Virus record (IMG/VR): IMGVR_UViG_2671180405_000010
Origin: a virus
Taxonomy: Duplodnaviria; Heunggongvirae; Uroviricota; Caudoviricetes
DNA length: 6,308 nt
Reading direction: 5' to 3' (one strand)
Position 1 is the stretch's first letter. Every line of letters starts with the position of its first letter. The notes beneath the pieces are model-generated. The model was given only the letters and a program-made list of their open reading frames with translations. It ran no database searches and was not told where the DNA came from. Made by a program: the position numbers and the translations under genes. Positions 1 to 6,165 of the stretch are shown here, one piece after another.

Positions 1-2
1 AA

Positions 3-221
3 AGTCATCGGGCATTATCTGAACATAAAACACTACCAATAAGTTGGAGTCATTACCAAACGGTTGAAATGTATGCCGCTACTTACGGGTCCTGTAATCC
101 TCTGAATAAACCAGAGGGAAAAGATGATTTCGACAAAATTTACCGCTTCTTGGAGGACCGCTATATCAAAAGCTTAGAGGACGCAGGGATCAAATCCCCA
201 GTGAAGTCACCATTGTCCTGA
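3..221 (+). CDS. Possible 3' end of a plus-strand gene entering from the left edge (C-terminal fragment, hypothetical protein)
   Basis: Frame 3 is open from the window edge to TGA at 219-221 and the translation (..FDKIYRFLEDRYIKSLEDAGIKSPVKSPLS) looks protein-like. It overlaps the 3' end of the minus-strand ORF 190..567 by about 30 bp, so one of the two may be wrong. No start or RBS is visible for the full gene. Confidence 0.25.
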   Translation, partial: SHRALSEHKTLPISWSHYQTVEMYAATYGSCNPLNKPEGKDDFDKIYRFLEDRYIKSLEDAGIKSPVKSPLS

Positions 222-567
222 GAACTTGCAGAACGTCATGATCATAACTTCCATCCAAACCGCGACGGCGAATTGCTTCTCGTATTACCGGAAGCAGTTC
301 GCTGGAAATCTCGGTGCATATTTCACCTGATAATACGCTTGGCTCAAGTGAGAATATTGGTGAACTTACGGTCTTGGTCTCGACAGTTTCAGAGTCAGTG
401 CCAACATTATAAAGCTCAACGAAAGCGGTCTTGATTTTCCGGGCCAGATCTTTTGCTGGCTCGCTTGCAATATCTTTCCCGATTTCTCGCAGCACAGAAT
501 GCAATGTATGAGCTGCTGTTTTCTGTACATCAGACGGTAAATCTTTAAATTCCATCGTCAGCCTCAT
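190..567 (-). CDS. Hypothetical early-left protein (125 aa, or 121 aa from the ATG at 555)
   Basis: ORF from the six-frame track. Its start ATG (567..565) shares one base with the stop of the upstream ORF (TGATG). The in-frame ATG at 555..553 has GAGG 8 nt upstream, so it is the likelier start. Hydrophilic protein with no family I recognise. Confidence 0.55.
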   Translation of the reverse strand: MRLTMEFKDLPSDVQKTAAHTLHSVLREIGKDIASEPAKDLARKIKTAFVELYNVGTDSETVETKTVSSPIFSLEPSVLSGEICTEISSELLPVIREAIRRRGLDGSYDHDVLQVLRTMVTSLGI

Positions 568-773
568 CAGTCAGTGTTTCTGGCTAACCAGCAACGCGCG
601 CCAGATTCGGTTTTAAACGTTTTGCTTTTGGTATACGTCATGGCGGTAAACGTTCCATCCTGGTTAGGGAACACGCCGCACACCAGAGATTCGTTGTTGC
701 CAAGATCGATAGTATCCATGCTGACCTCATTTCCCCTTAACGCCGGGGTGGCGGAACAAAAAACCTGCTGCAT
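567..773 (-). CDS. Small hypothetical protein (68 aa from 773; 50 aa if started at the internal ATG 719..717)
   Basis: ORF is directly upstream of and coupled to the 190..567 ORF. The internal in-frame ATG at 719..717 has a GAGGT Shine-Dalgarno 4 nt upstream, whereas the ATG at 773 has no clear RBS. A plus-strand ORF (574..786) covers the same DNA, so the coding strand is not certain. Confidence 0.4.
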   Translation of the reverse strand: MQQVFCSATPALRGNEVSMDTIDLGNNESLVCGVFPNQDGTFTAMTYTKSKTFKTESGARCWLARNTD

Positions 774-899
774 AGTTAAAGATTGAACCCTGCCGTCATG
801 TTCTTACGCCTCGGGCTGGCTACTTAACCCCTGACCACTGTCTGGTAACTCGAAGTATTGCCCTGCATTCTGTGGGGCGGGGTGGGTTGACGCCTGAAA

Positions 900-945
900 C
901 AATAGCATCATTATTTTTTTTGATGTAAATAGCATCGCTATTGTT
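900..945. promoter_or_regulatory. Putative OL-like operator/promoter region: palindrome AATAGCATCGCTATT (930-944) plus a degenerate copy AATAGCATCATTATT (901-915)
   Basis: AATAGC / GCTATT inverted half-sites around a 3-bp centre. The same motif recurs in the repressor/cro intergenic region (2039-2053). Position is upstream of the leftward genes and just beyond the terminator of the repressor operon, as for lambda OL/pL. Confidence 0.35.
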
Positions 946-954
946 TTTTGTTGG

Positions 955-982
955 GGCAAGAAAAAACCACCCTAAGGTGGTT
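955..982 (-). terminator. Rho-independent terminator downstream of the toxin gene
   Basis: On the minus-strand transcript: 7-bp stem AACCACC / GGUGGUU with loop UUAG, followed by UUUUUUCUU. It lies 17 nt past the toxin stop codon (999-1001). Confidence 0.65.
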
Positions 983-998
983 CTGTCGGCGGGAATAA

Positions 999-1289
999 TT
1001 AACTGTTTTTGCCTGGATACTGTCTTCGAGAATGCACAATATTTACTACTTCTATGCTTGATGCTGTTACTCGGTAAAGGATGATGTAGTTAGGATGAGT
1101 TACAATTTCACGAAGACCAAGAACTCGCTCGCTTGGAGGATACAGGTAAGGATGCTCTGTGAGCGGCAAAACGGATGTTTCAATTCGAATTTTCATTCTG
1201 CGTGCTGCCGCGGGATTTTCTTTAGCTATGTAGGCTACGATCTGGCGCAAATCATCACGAGCAGATGGTAGCCATAAAACGGGTAACAT
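999..1289 (-). CDS. parE: Type II toxin, RelE/ParE superfamily (ParE2-like), 96 aa
   Basis: Translation (MLPVLWLPSARDDLRQIVAYI...EHPYLYPPSERVLGLREIVTHPNYIILYRV...) matches the ParE-family pattern as I recall it. Size is typical, and the start overlaps the antitoxin stop by one base (TAATG). Confidence 0.88.
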   Translation of the reverse strand: MLPVLWLPSARDDLRQIVAYIAKENPAAARRMKIRIETSVLPLTEHPYLYPPSERVLGLREIVTHPNYIILYRVTASSIEVVNIVHSRRQYPGKNS

Positions 1290-1483
1290 TATTCACCTCT
1301 GTGAGTTGCAGCAGCAATTTGGGCAATAATTTGTTCCATTTCCGCCATTACCTCATCATGCGGAATCGCCGGGCGGGGATCCGCGAGGCTTGCTGCTACT
1401 TTGGCCCGCAGCCATTCGTTGTAACTATTTTCTTGCTCAACTGTCTCAAATTCTGAAACCATTGGGGAAAGGACTGTACTCAT
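1289..1483 (-). CDS. paaA: Antitoxin of the ParE toxin (PaaA2-like), 64 aa
   Basis: Small acidic protein (..SPMVSEFETVEQENSYNEWLRAKVAASLADPRPAIPHDEV..) immediately upstream of and coupled to the toxin gene. AGGAG RBS 8 nt upstream of the ATG. Resembles the PaaA2 antitoxin of E. coli O157 prophages from memory. Confidence 0.82.
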   Translation of the reverse strand: MSTVLSPMVSEFETVEQENSYNEWLRAKVAASLADPRPAIPHDEVMAEMEQIIAQIAAATHRGE

Positions 1484-1502
1484 TTTACATATCTCCTCTG
1501 AT

Positions 1503-2003
1503 TTAGGCGCGACGGCCTTTTTGTGCAGCTAACCACCGCGCAACCGTACGATCCATTGATTCTTTTTTATCTTTCATCTCCTGAAGCATGTGTTCTTGAT
1601 CTTCTTTCGGAAAAGCTCTGAACGTATGGATTAAATCTCGTTCCATCGGCTCTACGGCAAACGGTAGTTCATCCTCTGTTTGTTCTGTGTCTGCTGGTAA
1701 TGCGACTATGTTATCTTGCTGTGGTTCTCGACAATACATCCTTGCAATTTGCAGCAAATCTACCATGTCTGGCCTGATTGACTCAGGGGGAACTTTCAGT
1801 AAGCCAGCAAACTTTAGAACAGCCTCAAGGTTTAGTGGGGTTTGACCATTTAGGTAGTGACTTACCGCCCCTTGTGTTGAAAACCCCATAATTTCCGCCG
1901 CACGTTCCTGAGTCAATCCCAACTGAGATTTCTTTGCCATCCAGATTTCTTTCAGTCTTCTGGCGGCGTTGAGGTCGGTGTCTGACAATGATTTTCTTTT
2001 CAT
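1503..2003 (-). CDS. paaR: cI-like prophage repressor with XRE-type HTH (PaaR2/RacR-like), regulator of the downstream TA pair
   Basis: HTH signature (LGLTQERAAEIMGFSTQGAVSHYLNG). Same strand as and 19 nt upstream of the antitoxin gene; divergent from the Cro-like gene. Start chosen at ATG 2003..2001 (MKRKSLSD...); the track ORF extends to a GTG at 2033 with no RBS. No obvious S24 peptidase Ser/Lys domain. Confidence 0.8.
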   Translation of the reverse strand: MKRKSLSDTDLNAARRLKEIWMAKKSQLGLTQERAAEIMGFSTQGAVSHYLNGQTPLNLEAVLKFAGLLKVPPESIRPDMVDLLQIARMYCREPQQDNIVALPADTEQTEDELPFAVEPMERDLIHTFRAFPKEDQEHMLQEMKDKKESMDRTVARWLAAQKGRRA

Positions 2004-2038
2004 ACATCCAATTCTAATAAGATTGCTAATCACTTTGA

Positions 2039-2078
2039 AATAGCATCACTATTTACTTTTAAAAATAACAGTGCTATT
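2039..2078. promoter_or_regulatory. Putative OR-like operators: AATAGCATCACTATT (2039-2053) and related AATAACAGTGCTATT (2064-2078), with divergent promoters
   Basis: Palindromic half-sites AATAG / CTATT in the 111-bp gap between the divergent repressor and Cro-like genes. Candidate rightward promoter: -35 TTTACT (2052-2057), 17-nt spacer, -10 TATTAA (2075-2080). Confidence 0.4.
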
Positions 2079-2114
2079 AATTATGCATTGGTAACACATC
2101 ACATAGGGCGGATT

Positions 2115-2378
2115 ATGAATCTTGGAGAATATTTGCATCATTTTCATATAACCCAGAGTTCATTTGCTGAGATTGTTGGCGCATCCCAAGGGATGGTCAG
2201 CCACGTTATAACGGGGCGTGCAAAACTTACAGGAGAAAAAATATTACGTTGGTGTGAAGCAACGGGATGGGTGGTGACCCCACATGAGATTGACAGTAAA
2301 ACCTACCCCAACCCAACTGACGGCTTGCCTGCTGAGTTTCAGGCTAACACACAACCATCGGCGGGGGTTGATTCATGA
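2115..2378 (+). CDS. ydaS: Cro-like HTH regulator (YdaS-like), about 87 aa
   Basis: Divergent from the repressor. HTH-like segment (SQSSFAEIVGASQGMVSHVITGRAKL). ATG at 2115 has AGGG 6 nt upstream; the track ORF starts at a TTG at 2088. Stop overlaps the next gene's start (ATGA). Confidence 0.75.
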   Translation: MNLGEYLHHFHITQSSFAEIVGASQGMVSHVITGRAKLTGEKILRWCEATGWVVTPHEIDSKTYPNPTDGLPAEFQANTQPSAGVDS

Positions 2379-2800
2379 AAATCAAGCATGAACACATCCG
2401 CATGGCGATGAAAGCCTGGGCGCATCCGGACGGTGAAAAAGTTCCGGCAGCTGAAATAACCAGGGTTTATTTCGAACTGGGAATGACGTTTCCGGTTCTG
2501 CATAACGACAGCAAGCACAACACGCTTTATCTCAACACCCAAAAGATTTTCCGTTGGCTGGATAAAGACACCCCTGACGCTGTTGAAAAAATTCAGGCGT
2601 TGTTACCTGCGATCGAAAGGGCAATGCCACCTCCGCTGGTGGCTCGAATGCGCAGCCACAGTTCAGCTTATTTTCGGGAACTGGTGGAGACGCATGAACG
2701 ACTGGTGAGAGACGCTGATGATTTTGTCGCAGTGGCAATCGCCGGTTTCAATCAGATGAACCGTGGTGGCCCGGCAGGAAATGCTGTGGCAGTACATTGA
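2375..2800 (+). CDS. ydaT: YdaT-like protein (cII-like regulator, formerly annotated as a toxin), 141 aa
   Basis: N-terminus MKIKHEHI... matches Rac prophage YdaT as I recall it. Position directly after the Cro-like gene with a 4-bp overlap. Confidence 0.8.
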   Translation: MKIKHEHIRMAMKAWAHPDGEKVPAAEITRVYFELGMTFPVLHNDSKHNTLYLNTQKIFRWLDKDTPDAVEKIQALLPAIERAMPPPLVARMRSHSSAYFRELVETHERLVRDADDFVAVAIAGFNQMNRGGPAGNAVAVH

Positions 2801-2871
2801 CTGACAATAGCCATATCGAATCGCTCCCGGCAACTCGTGAGTAAAAAGATTCGGTATCAGAAGAGGTGAGT

Positions 2872-3936
2872 ATGGCTAACGCCTGGCTCAGATTATGGCA
2901 TGACATGCCAAATGACCCTAAGTGGCGAACAATTGCCAGGGTGTCAGGGCAGCCAATTGCAACAGTGATGGCAGTGTATATCCACCTCCTGGTGAGCGCG
3001 TCACGAAATGTCACGCGAGGTCACATTGATGTCACGACAGAAGATTTGGCAAGTGCGCTCGACGTGACAGAAGAGGTAATTGATTCAATTTTGCAGACGA
3101 TGCAGGGGCGGGTACTTGATGGTGATTTAATCACTGGATGGGAAAAACGCCAGGTGCTTAAAGAGGACAACGGCAATATTTCGCAAACCGCAAAATCTCC
3201 TGCAGAGCGCAAGAGGGCGCAGCGAGAGAGGGAAAGAAAGCGGGAACAAAATGGCGATTGTCACGGCGCGTCACGAAATGTCACGCACATGTCACGACGA
3301 GTCACGACAGATACAGATAAAGATACAGATAAAGAAGATCAAAACACTATGGTCCATGGCGTAAAAAACGCCACGAACCAGGCAGGGGATGTTCAGACCG
3401 TCAATCCTGGTCAGCCAGCAGGCTCGACACCGGAAGCCGATTCAGCGTATGCGCTGAAAGCCGATTCGGGCGCTGTGCAGCAGGTGATGACCGCAAGGCC
3501 GGAGCAATCACTCCAACTGCAGCAGCCTGAAGCCGATTCCGCCATTCAGCGGGAAGCCGATCGGGTAGCCCCGGAAAACACCGGGCAGCCTGTGGGACGA
3601 GTGGATTATCCGGATGTGTTCGAACAGGTCTGGCGGGAATACCCGTTGCGTGCCGGGGCAAACCCGAAGAAATCCGCATTCAGTGCCTGGAAGGCCAGAT
3701 TGCGCGAGGGGGTGCCACCAGAGACCATGCTGGATGGTGTGAGGCGTTACGCGAGATACCTGGCGGCGACCGGGAAAGCGGGAACGGAATTTGTTCAGCG
3801 AGCGACGACGTTTTTTGGGCCGGACCGGAATTTTGAAAACCCCTGGTTGCTCCCGGTAAGCGGCACGAACAACCAGCGTTGTGTGAATCATATTTCTGAA
3901 CCGGATACCGAAATTCCGCCGGGATTCAGGGGGTGA
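2872..3936 (+). CDS. ydaU: Phage replisome organizer / replication initiation protein (YdaU-like, lambda O analogue), about 354 aa
   Basis: ATG at 2872 with AAGAGG RBS 5 nt upstream. N-terminal region (WLRLWHDMPNDPKWRTIARVSG...) resembles phage replisome-organizer DNA-binding domains; C-terminal region (..VWREYPLRAGANPKKSAFSAWKARL..) resembles a conserved phage replication C-terminal domain. Contains internal DNA repeats and is followed 6 nt later by a DnaC-like gene. Confidence 0.85.
   Translation: MANAWLRLWHDMPNDPKWRTIARVSGQPIATVMAVYIHLLVSASRNVTRGHIDVTTEDLASALDVTEEVIDSILQTMQGRVLDGDLITGWEKRQVLKEDNGNISQTAKSPAERKRAQRERERKREQNGDCHGASRNVTHMSRRVTTDTDKDTDKEDQNTMVHGVKNATNQAGDVQTVNPGQPAGSTPEADSAYALKADSGAVQQVMTARPEQSLQLQQPEADSAIQREADRVAPENTGQPVGRVDYPDVFEQVWREYPLRAGANPKKSAFSAWKARLREGVPPETMLDGVRRYARYLAATGKAGTEFVQRATTFFGPDRNFENPWLLPVSGTNNQRCVNHISEPDTEIPPGFRG
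2996..3334. repeat. Iteron-like array inside the organizer gene: nine GTCACG/GTCACA hexamers in two clusters plus a tandem 12-bp A-rich repeat
   Basis: GTCACG at 3000, 3010, 3031, 3260, 3270, 3280, 3291, 3301 and GTCACA at 3020, spaced 10-11 bp. A perfect 21-bp direct repeat GCGCGTCACGAAATGTCACGC occurs at 2996-3016 and 3266-3286. ATACAGATAAAG is tandemly repeated at 3311-3334. Confidence 0.55.
3433..3563. repeat. Four copies of GAAGCCGAT(T)C within the organizer gene linker
   Basis: Copies at 3433-3443, 3457-3467, 3529-3539 and 3553-3563 (last copy imperfect). Spacings are 24, 72 and 24 bp, all in frame, encoding E/K-A-D-S/R peptide repeats. Confidence 0.4.
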
Positions 3937-3942
3937 TGTGGC

Positions 3943-4689
3943 ATGAAAAACATTGCGGCAGCCGGGGTTCTTGAACGTATTCACAGACTTGCACCACAGG
4001 GGGCGGTTCCACCGTACCGGACGGTGGAGGAGTGGCGGGAATGGCAACTTGCTGAAGGACGAAAACGCAGCGAGGAGATTAACCGCCAGAATCGCCAGTT
4101 GCGGGTGGAAAAAATCCTGAATCGTTCGGGCATCCAGCCTCTGCACAGCAAATGCTCGTTTGCGAATTATCAGGTGCAGAACGACGGGCAAAAATACGCG
4201 CTGAGCCAGGCCAAATCCATAGCTGACGAACTGATGACCGGGTGCACGAATTTTGTGTTCAGCGGTAAAACCGGCACCGGGAAAAATCACCTTGCAGCGG
4301 CGATGGGTAACCGGCTGATGGCGAAGGGGCGCAGCGTGATTATCGTCACCGAGTCTGATGTCATGAGCGTGTTGCATGACAGCTACGACAACGGCAAATC
4401 CGGTGAAAAATTTTTACAGGAGCTTTGCGGGGTTGATTTGCTGGTCCTGGATGAAATAGGCATTCAGCGGGAGACGAAAAACGAGCAGGTGGTATTGCAC
4501 CAGATAATTGATCGCCGGACAGCATCACTGTGCAGTGTCGGGATGTTAACAAACCTGAATCATGCCGCAATGAGCACGCTTCTTGGTGAGAGGATTATGG
4601 ACCGCATGACCATGAACGGTTGTCGGTGGGTGACGTTTAACTGGGATAGCTGGCGTTCAAATGTCAGCTTTCCGGGAGTTGTGAAGTAA
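3943..4689 (+). CDS. ydaV: DnaC-like replicative helicase loader (AAA+ ATPase, IstB/DnaC family), 248 aa
   Basis: Walker A (FSGKTGTGKNHLAAAMG) is near-identical to the DnaC motif as I recall it; Walker B (LLVLDEIG). Located directly after the organizer gene, as for lambda P or DnaC-type loaders. Confidence 0.9.
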   Translation: MKNIAAAGVLERIHRLAPQGAVPPYRTVEEWREWQLAEGRKRSEEINRQNRQLRVEKILNRSGIQPLHSKCSFANYQVQNDGQKYALSQAKSIADELMTGCTNFVFSGKTGTGKNHLAAAMGNRLMAKGRSVIIVTESDVMSVLHDSYDNGKSGEKFLQELCGVDLLVLDEIGIQRETKNEQVVLHQIIDRRTASLCSVGMLTNLNHAAMSTLLGERIMDRMTMNGCRWVTFNWDSWRSNVSFPGVVK

Positions 4690-4710
4690 TTTTTGTTGGA
4701 GGATGTTTTA

Positions 4711-5436
4711 ATGGAAACTGTATTTGACGCACTGAAAGCACTGAAAAGAGCCTCTTCACATGTGGTGGCGTCCCGCCTTGGAATCAGCCGTGAAGATGCG
4801 GTCAACGAACTGTGGAAACTGAAGCGCCGTGGTGAAGCGGATAACAAGGGTTCGATGTGGTGGCTGATTCAGGCTGGTGAAAGTGAACCAGTGTCACCGG
4901 TACCGAAAGTGACAGCGCAAATGCTGACTGAGGCGATTGAACAACATGGCCCACAAACGGCGGATGAGCTGGCACTGATGTTCGGGATTACCTCCCGCCG
5001 GGCGAATTCATCGCTGGCCATGGCAATCAGCAAAGGGCGTCTGATTCGCGTGAATCAGGGCGGTAAATTTCGGTACTGCATACCGGGCGCTGATTTACCG
5101 GCAGAGCCGAAAGCCGCATCCATAGCGGAAACGGATGGTAAAGTCTTTCCTCAGCCAGCAGGTGTTGCGTTACCGGTACAGGAAGCTGCAACACAGGAAG
5201 AAATTAAAACAGAAACTGTGGCGGACATTGTGCAGTCGTTGCCATCGTTCACCGAAACGCAAGCGGATGACCTGGTTTTACCATCGCTGCATATGGCAAA
5301 CCGCGAACTGCGTCGGGCGAAAAGTCATGTCCAGAAGTGGGAGCGTGTCTGCGCCGCGTTGCGGGAGCTGAACAAGCACCGGGATATTGTTCGACAGATT
5401 GTCGATTCCTCCGGTCGTATTGTGTCGGAAAAGTGA
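4711..5436 (+). CDS. Hypothetical phage protein, possible winged-helix DNA-binding N-terminus (YdaW-like position), about 241 aa
   Basis: ATG at 4711 with GGAGGA RBS 7 nt upstream; the track ORF begins at a TTG at 4693. Stop TGA at 5434-5436. Same strand and tight spacing with the replication genes. Confidence 0.7.
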   Translation: METVFDALKALKRASSHVVASRLGISREDAVNELWKLKRRGEADNKGSMWWLIQAGESEPVSPVPKVTAQMLTEAIEQHGPQTADELALMFGITSRRANSSLAMAISKGRLIRVNQGGKFRYCIPGADLPAEPKAASIAETDGKVFPQPAGVALPVQEAATQEEIKTETVADIVQSLPSFTETQADDLVLPSLHMANRELRRAKSHVQKWERVCAALRELNKHRDIVRQIVDSSGRIVSEK

Positions 5437-5451
5437 TTGCCGGGGGCGCTT

Positions 5452-5833
5452 ATGGCAAAAGTATTTACACAGGAAGAGCGGGAAAAAATTAAGGGGCAGG
5501 TTGTTGAACTCGTACGCCAGAGTGGGCGCGAGACGTTACGACAACTGGAAGCTAAAACCGGGGCGACAAGATATTTAATAAGCGTTCTCGCCAGAGAGCT
5601 GGTTGCCAGTGGGGATGTATACAACTCTGGCTACGGGTTATTCCCGTCTGAACAGGCTCGTAAGGACTGGCAAAACGCCCGCAAAAAACTCTCGAGGGCA
5701 AAGCTGAAGAAACCATCTGTGGTTGATCCGGACCTTATCTGGTCATTACCAGACGGAGAAATACGCCGCTACGACAGACATCAGAACATAATCTGTCGCG
5801 AGTGCCGGAAGAGTGAAGTTATGCAGCGTGTAC
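5452..5833 (+). CDS. Hypothetical protein, 5' portion; interrupted by the N-run and possibly continuing to a stop at 6181-6183
   Basis: ATG at 5452 (MAKVFTQEEREKIKGQ...), 15 nt after the previous stop. The reading frame is open up to the N-run. If the N-run length is accurate, the frame reconnects to ...GFLSG and a TAA at 6181-6183. Contains a CxxC motif (CRECRK) just before the gap. Confidence 0.55.
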
Positions 5834-6165
5834 NNNNNNNNNNNNNNNNNNNNNNNNNNNNNNNNNNNNNNNNNNNNNNNNNNNNNNNNNNNNNNNNNNN
5901 NNNNNNNNNNNNNNNNNNNNNNNNNNNNNNNNNNNNNNNNNNNNNNNNNNNNNNNNNNNNNNNNNNNNNNNNNNNNNNNNNNNNNNNNNNNNNNNNNNNN
6001 NNNNNNNNNNNNNNNNNNNNNNNNNNNNNNNNNNNNNNNNNNNNNNNNNNNNNNNNNNNNNNNNNNNNNNNNNNNNNNNNNNNNNNNNNNNNNNNNNNNN
6101 NNNNNNNNNNNNNNNNNNNNNNNNNNNNNNNNNNNNNNNNNNNNNNNNNNNNNNNNNNNNNNNNN
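5834..6165. other. Run of 332 N (assembly gap or masked sequence)
   Basis: Directly visible in the sequence. It lies inside an apparent CDS. Confidence 1.

Noticed and set aside
190-567. Considered whether the 125-aa early-left protein is a lambda N-type antiterminator
   Set aside because: No arginine-rich N-terminal motif and no recognisable boxA/boxB nut site nearby; Rac-type prophages are not known to use N.
574-786. 70-aa plus-strand ORF overlapping the minus-strand 68-aa ORF
   Set aside because: No RBS and no coupling partner, whereas the minus-strand frame is coupled to a downstream gene and has a good internal RBS. Not excluded outright, but judged less likely.
1265-1456. 63-aa plus-strand ORF antisense to the antitoxin gene
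   Set aside because: Lies entirely within the well-supported antitoxin/toxin coding region on the opposite strand, and its hydrophobic low-complexity translation has no start context.
1825-2007. 60-aa minus-strand ORF inside the repressor gene in another frame
   Set aside because: An alternative frame of the repressor locus; the HTH-containing frame is clearly the real one.
2817-2854. CGAATC...GATTCG inverted repeat between the YdaT-like and organizer genes, considered as a tR1-like terminator
   Set aside because: Only a 6-bp stem with a loop of about 26 nt and no following U-tract, so not a convincing intrinsic terminator.
2339-3212. Several short minus-strand ORFs (2339..2542, 2532..2738, 2748..3014, 3021..3212) antisense to the YdaT-like and organizer genes
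   Set aside because: All are antisense to confidently called plus-strand genes, with no RBS and low-complexity translations.
3508-4377. 289-aa minus-strand ORF spanning the organizer and DnaC-like genes
   Set aside because: Antisense to two well-supported genes with recognisable domains. The translation is Arg/Pro/Gly-rich with low complexity, typical of a spurious ORF in GC-rich coding DNA, and it has no RBS or family resemblance.
4361-5624. Short ORFs 4361..4570(-), 4560..4847(-), 5135..5371(+), 5325..5624(-), 5387..5578(+) and 3401..3679(-)
   Set aside because: Each overlaps or is antisense to a longer, better-supported gene, and their Arg/Ser/Cys-rich translations are typical of off-frame artefacts.
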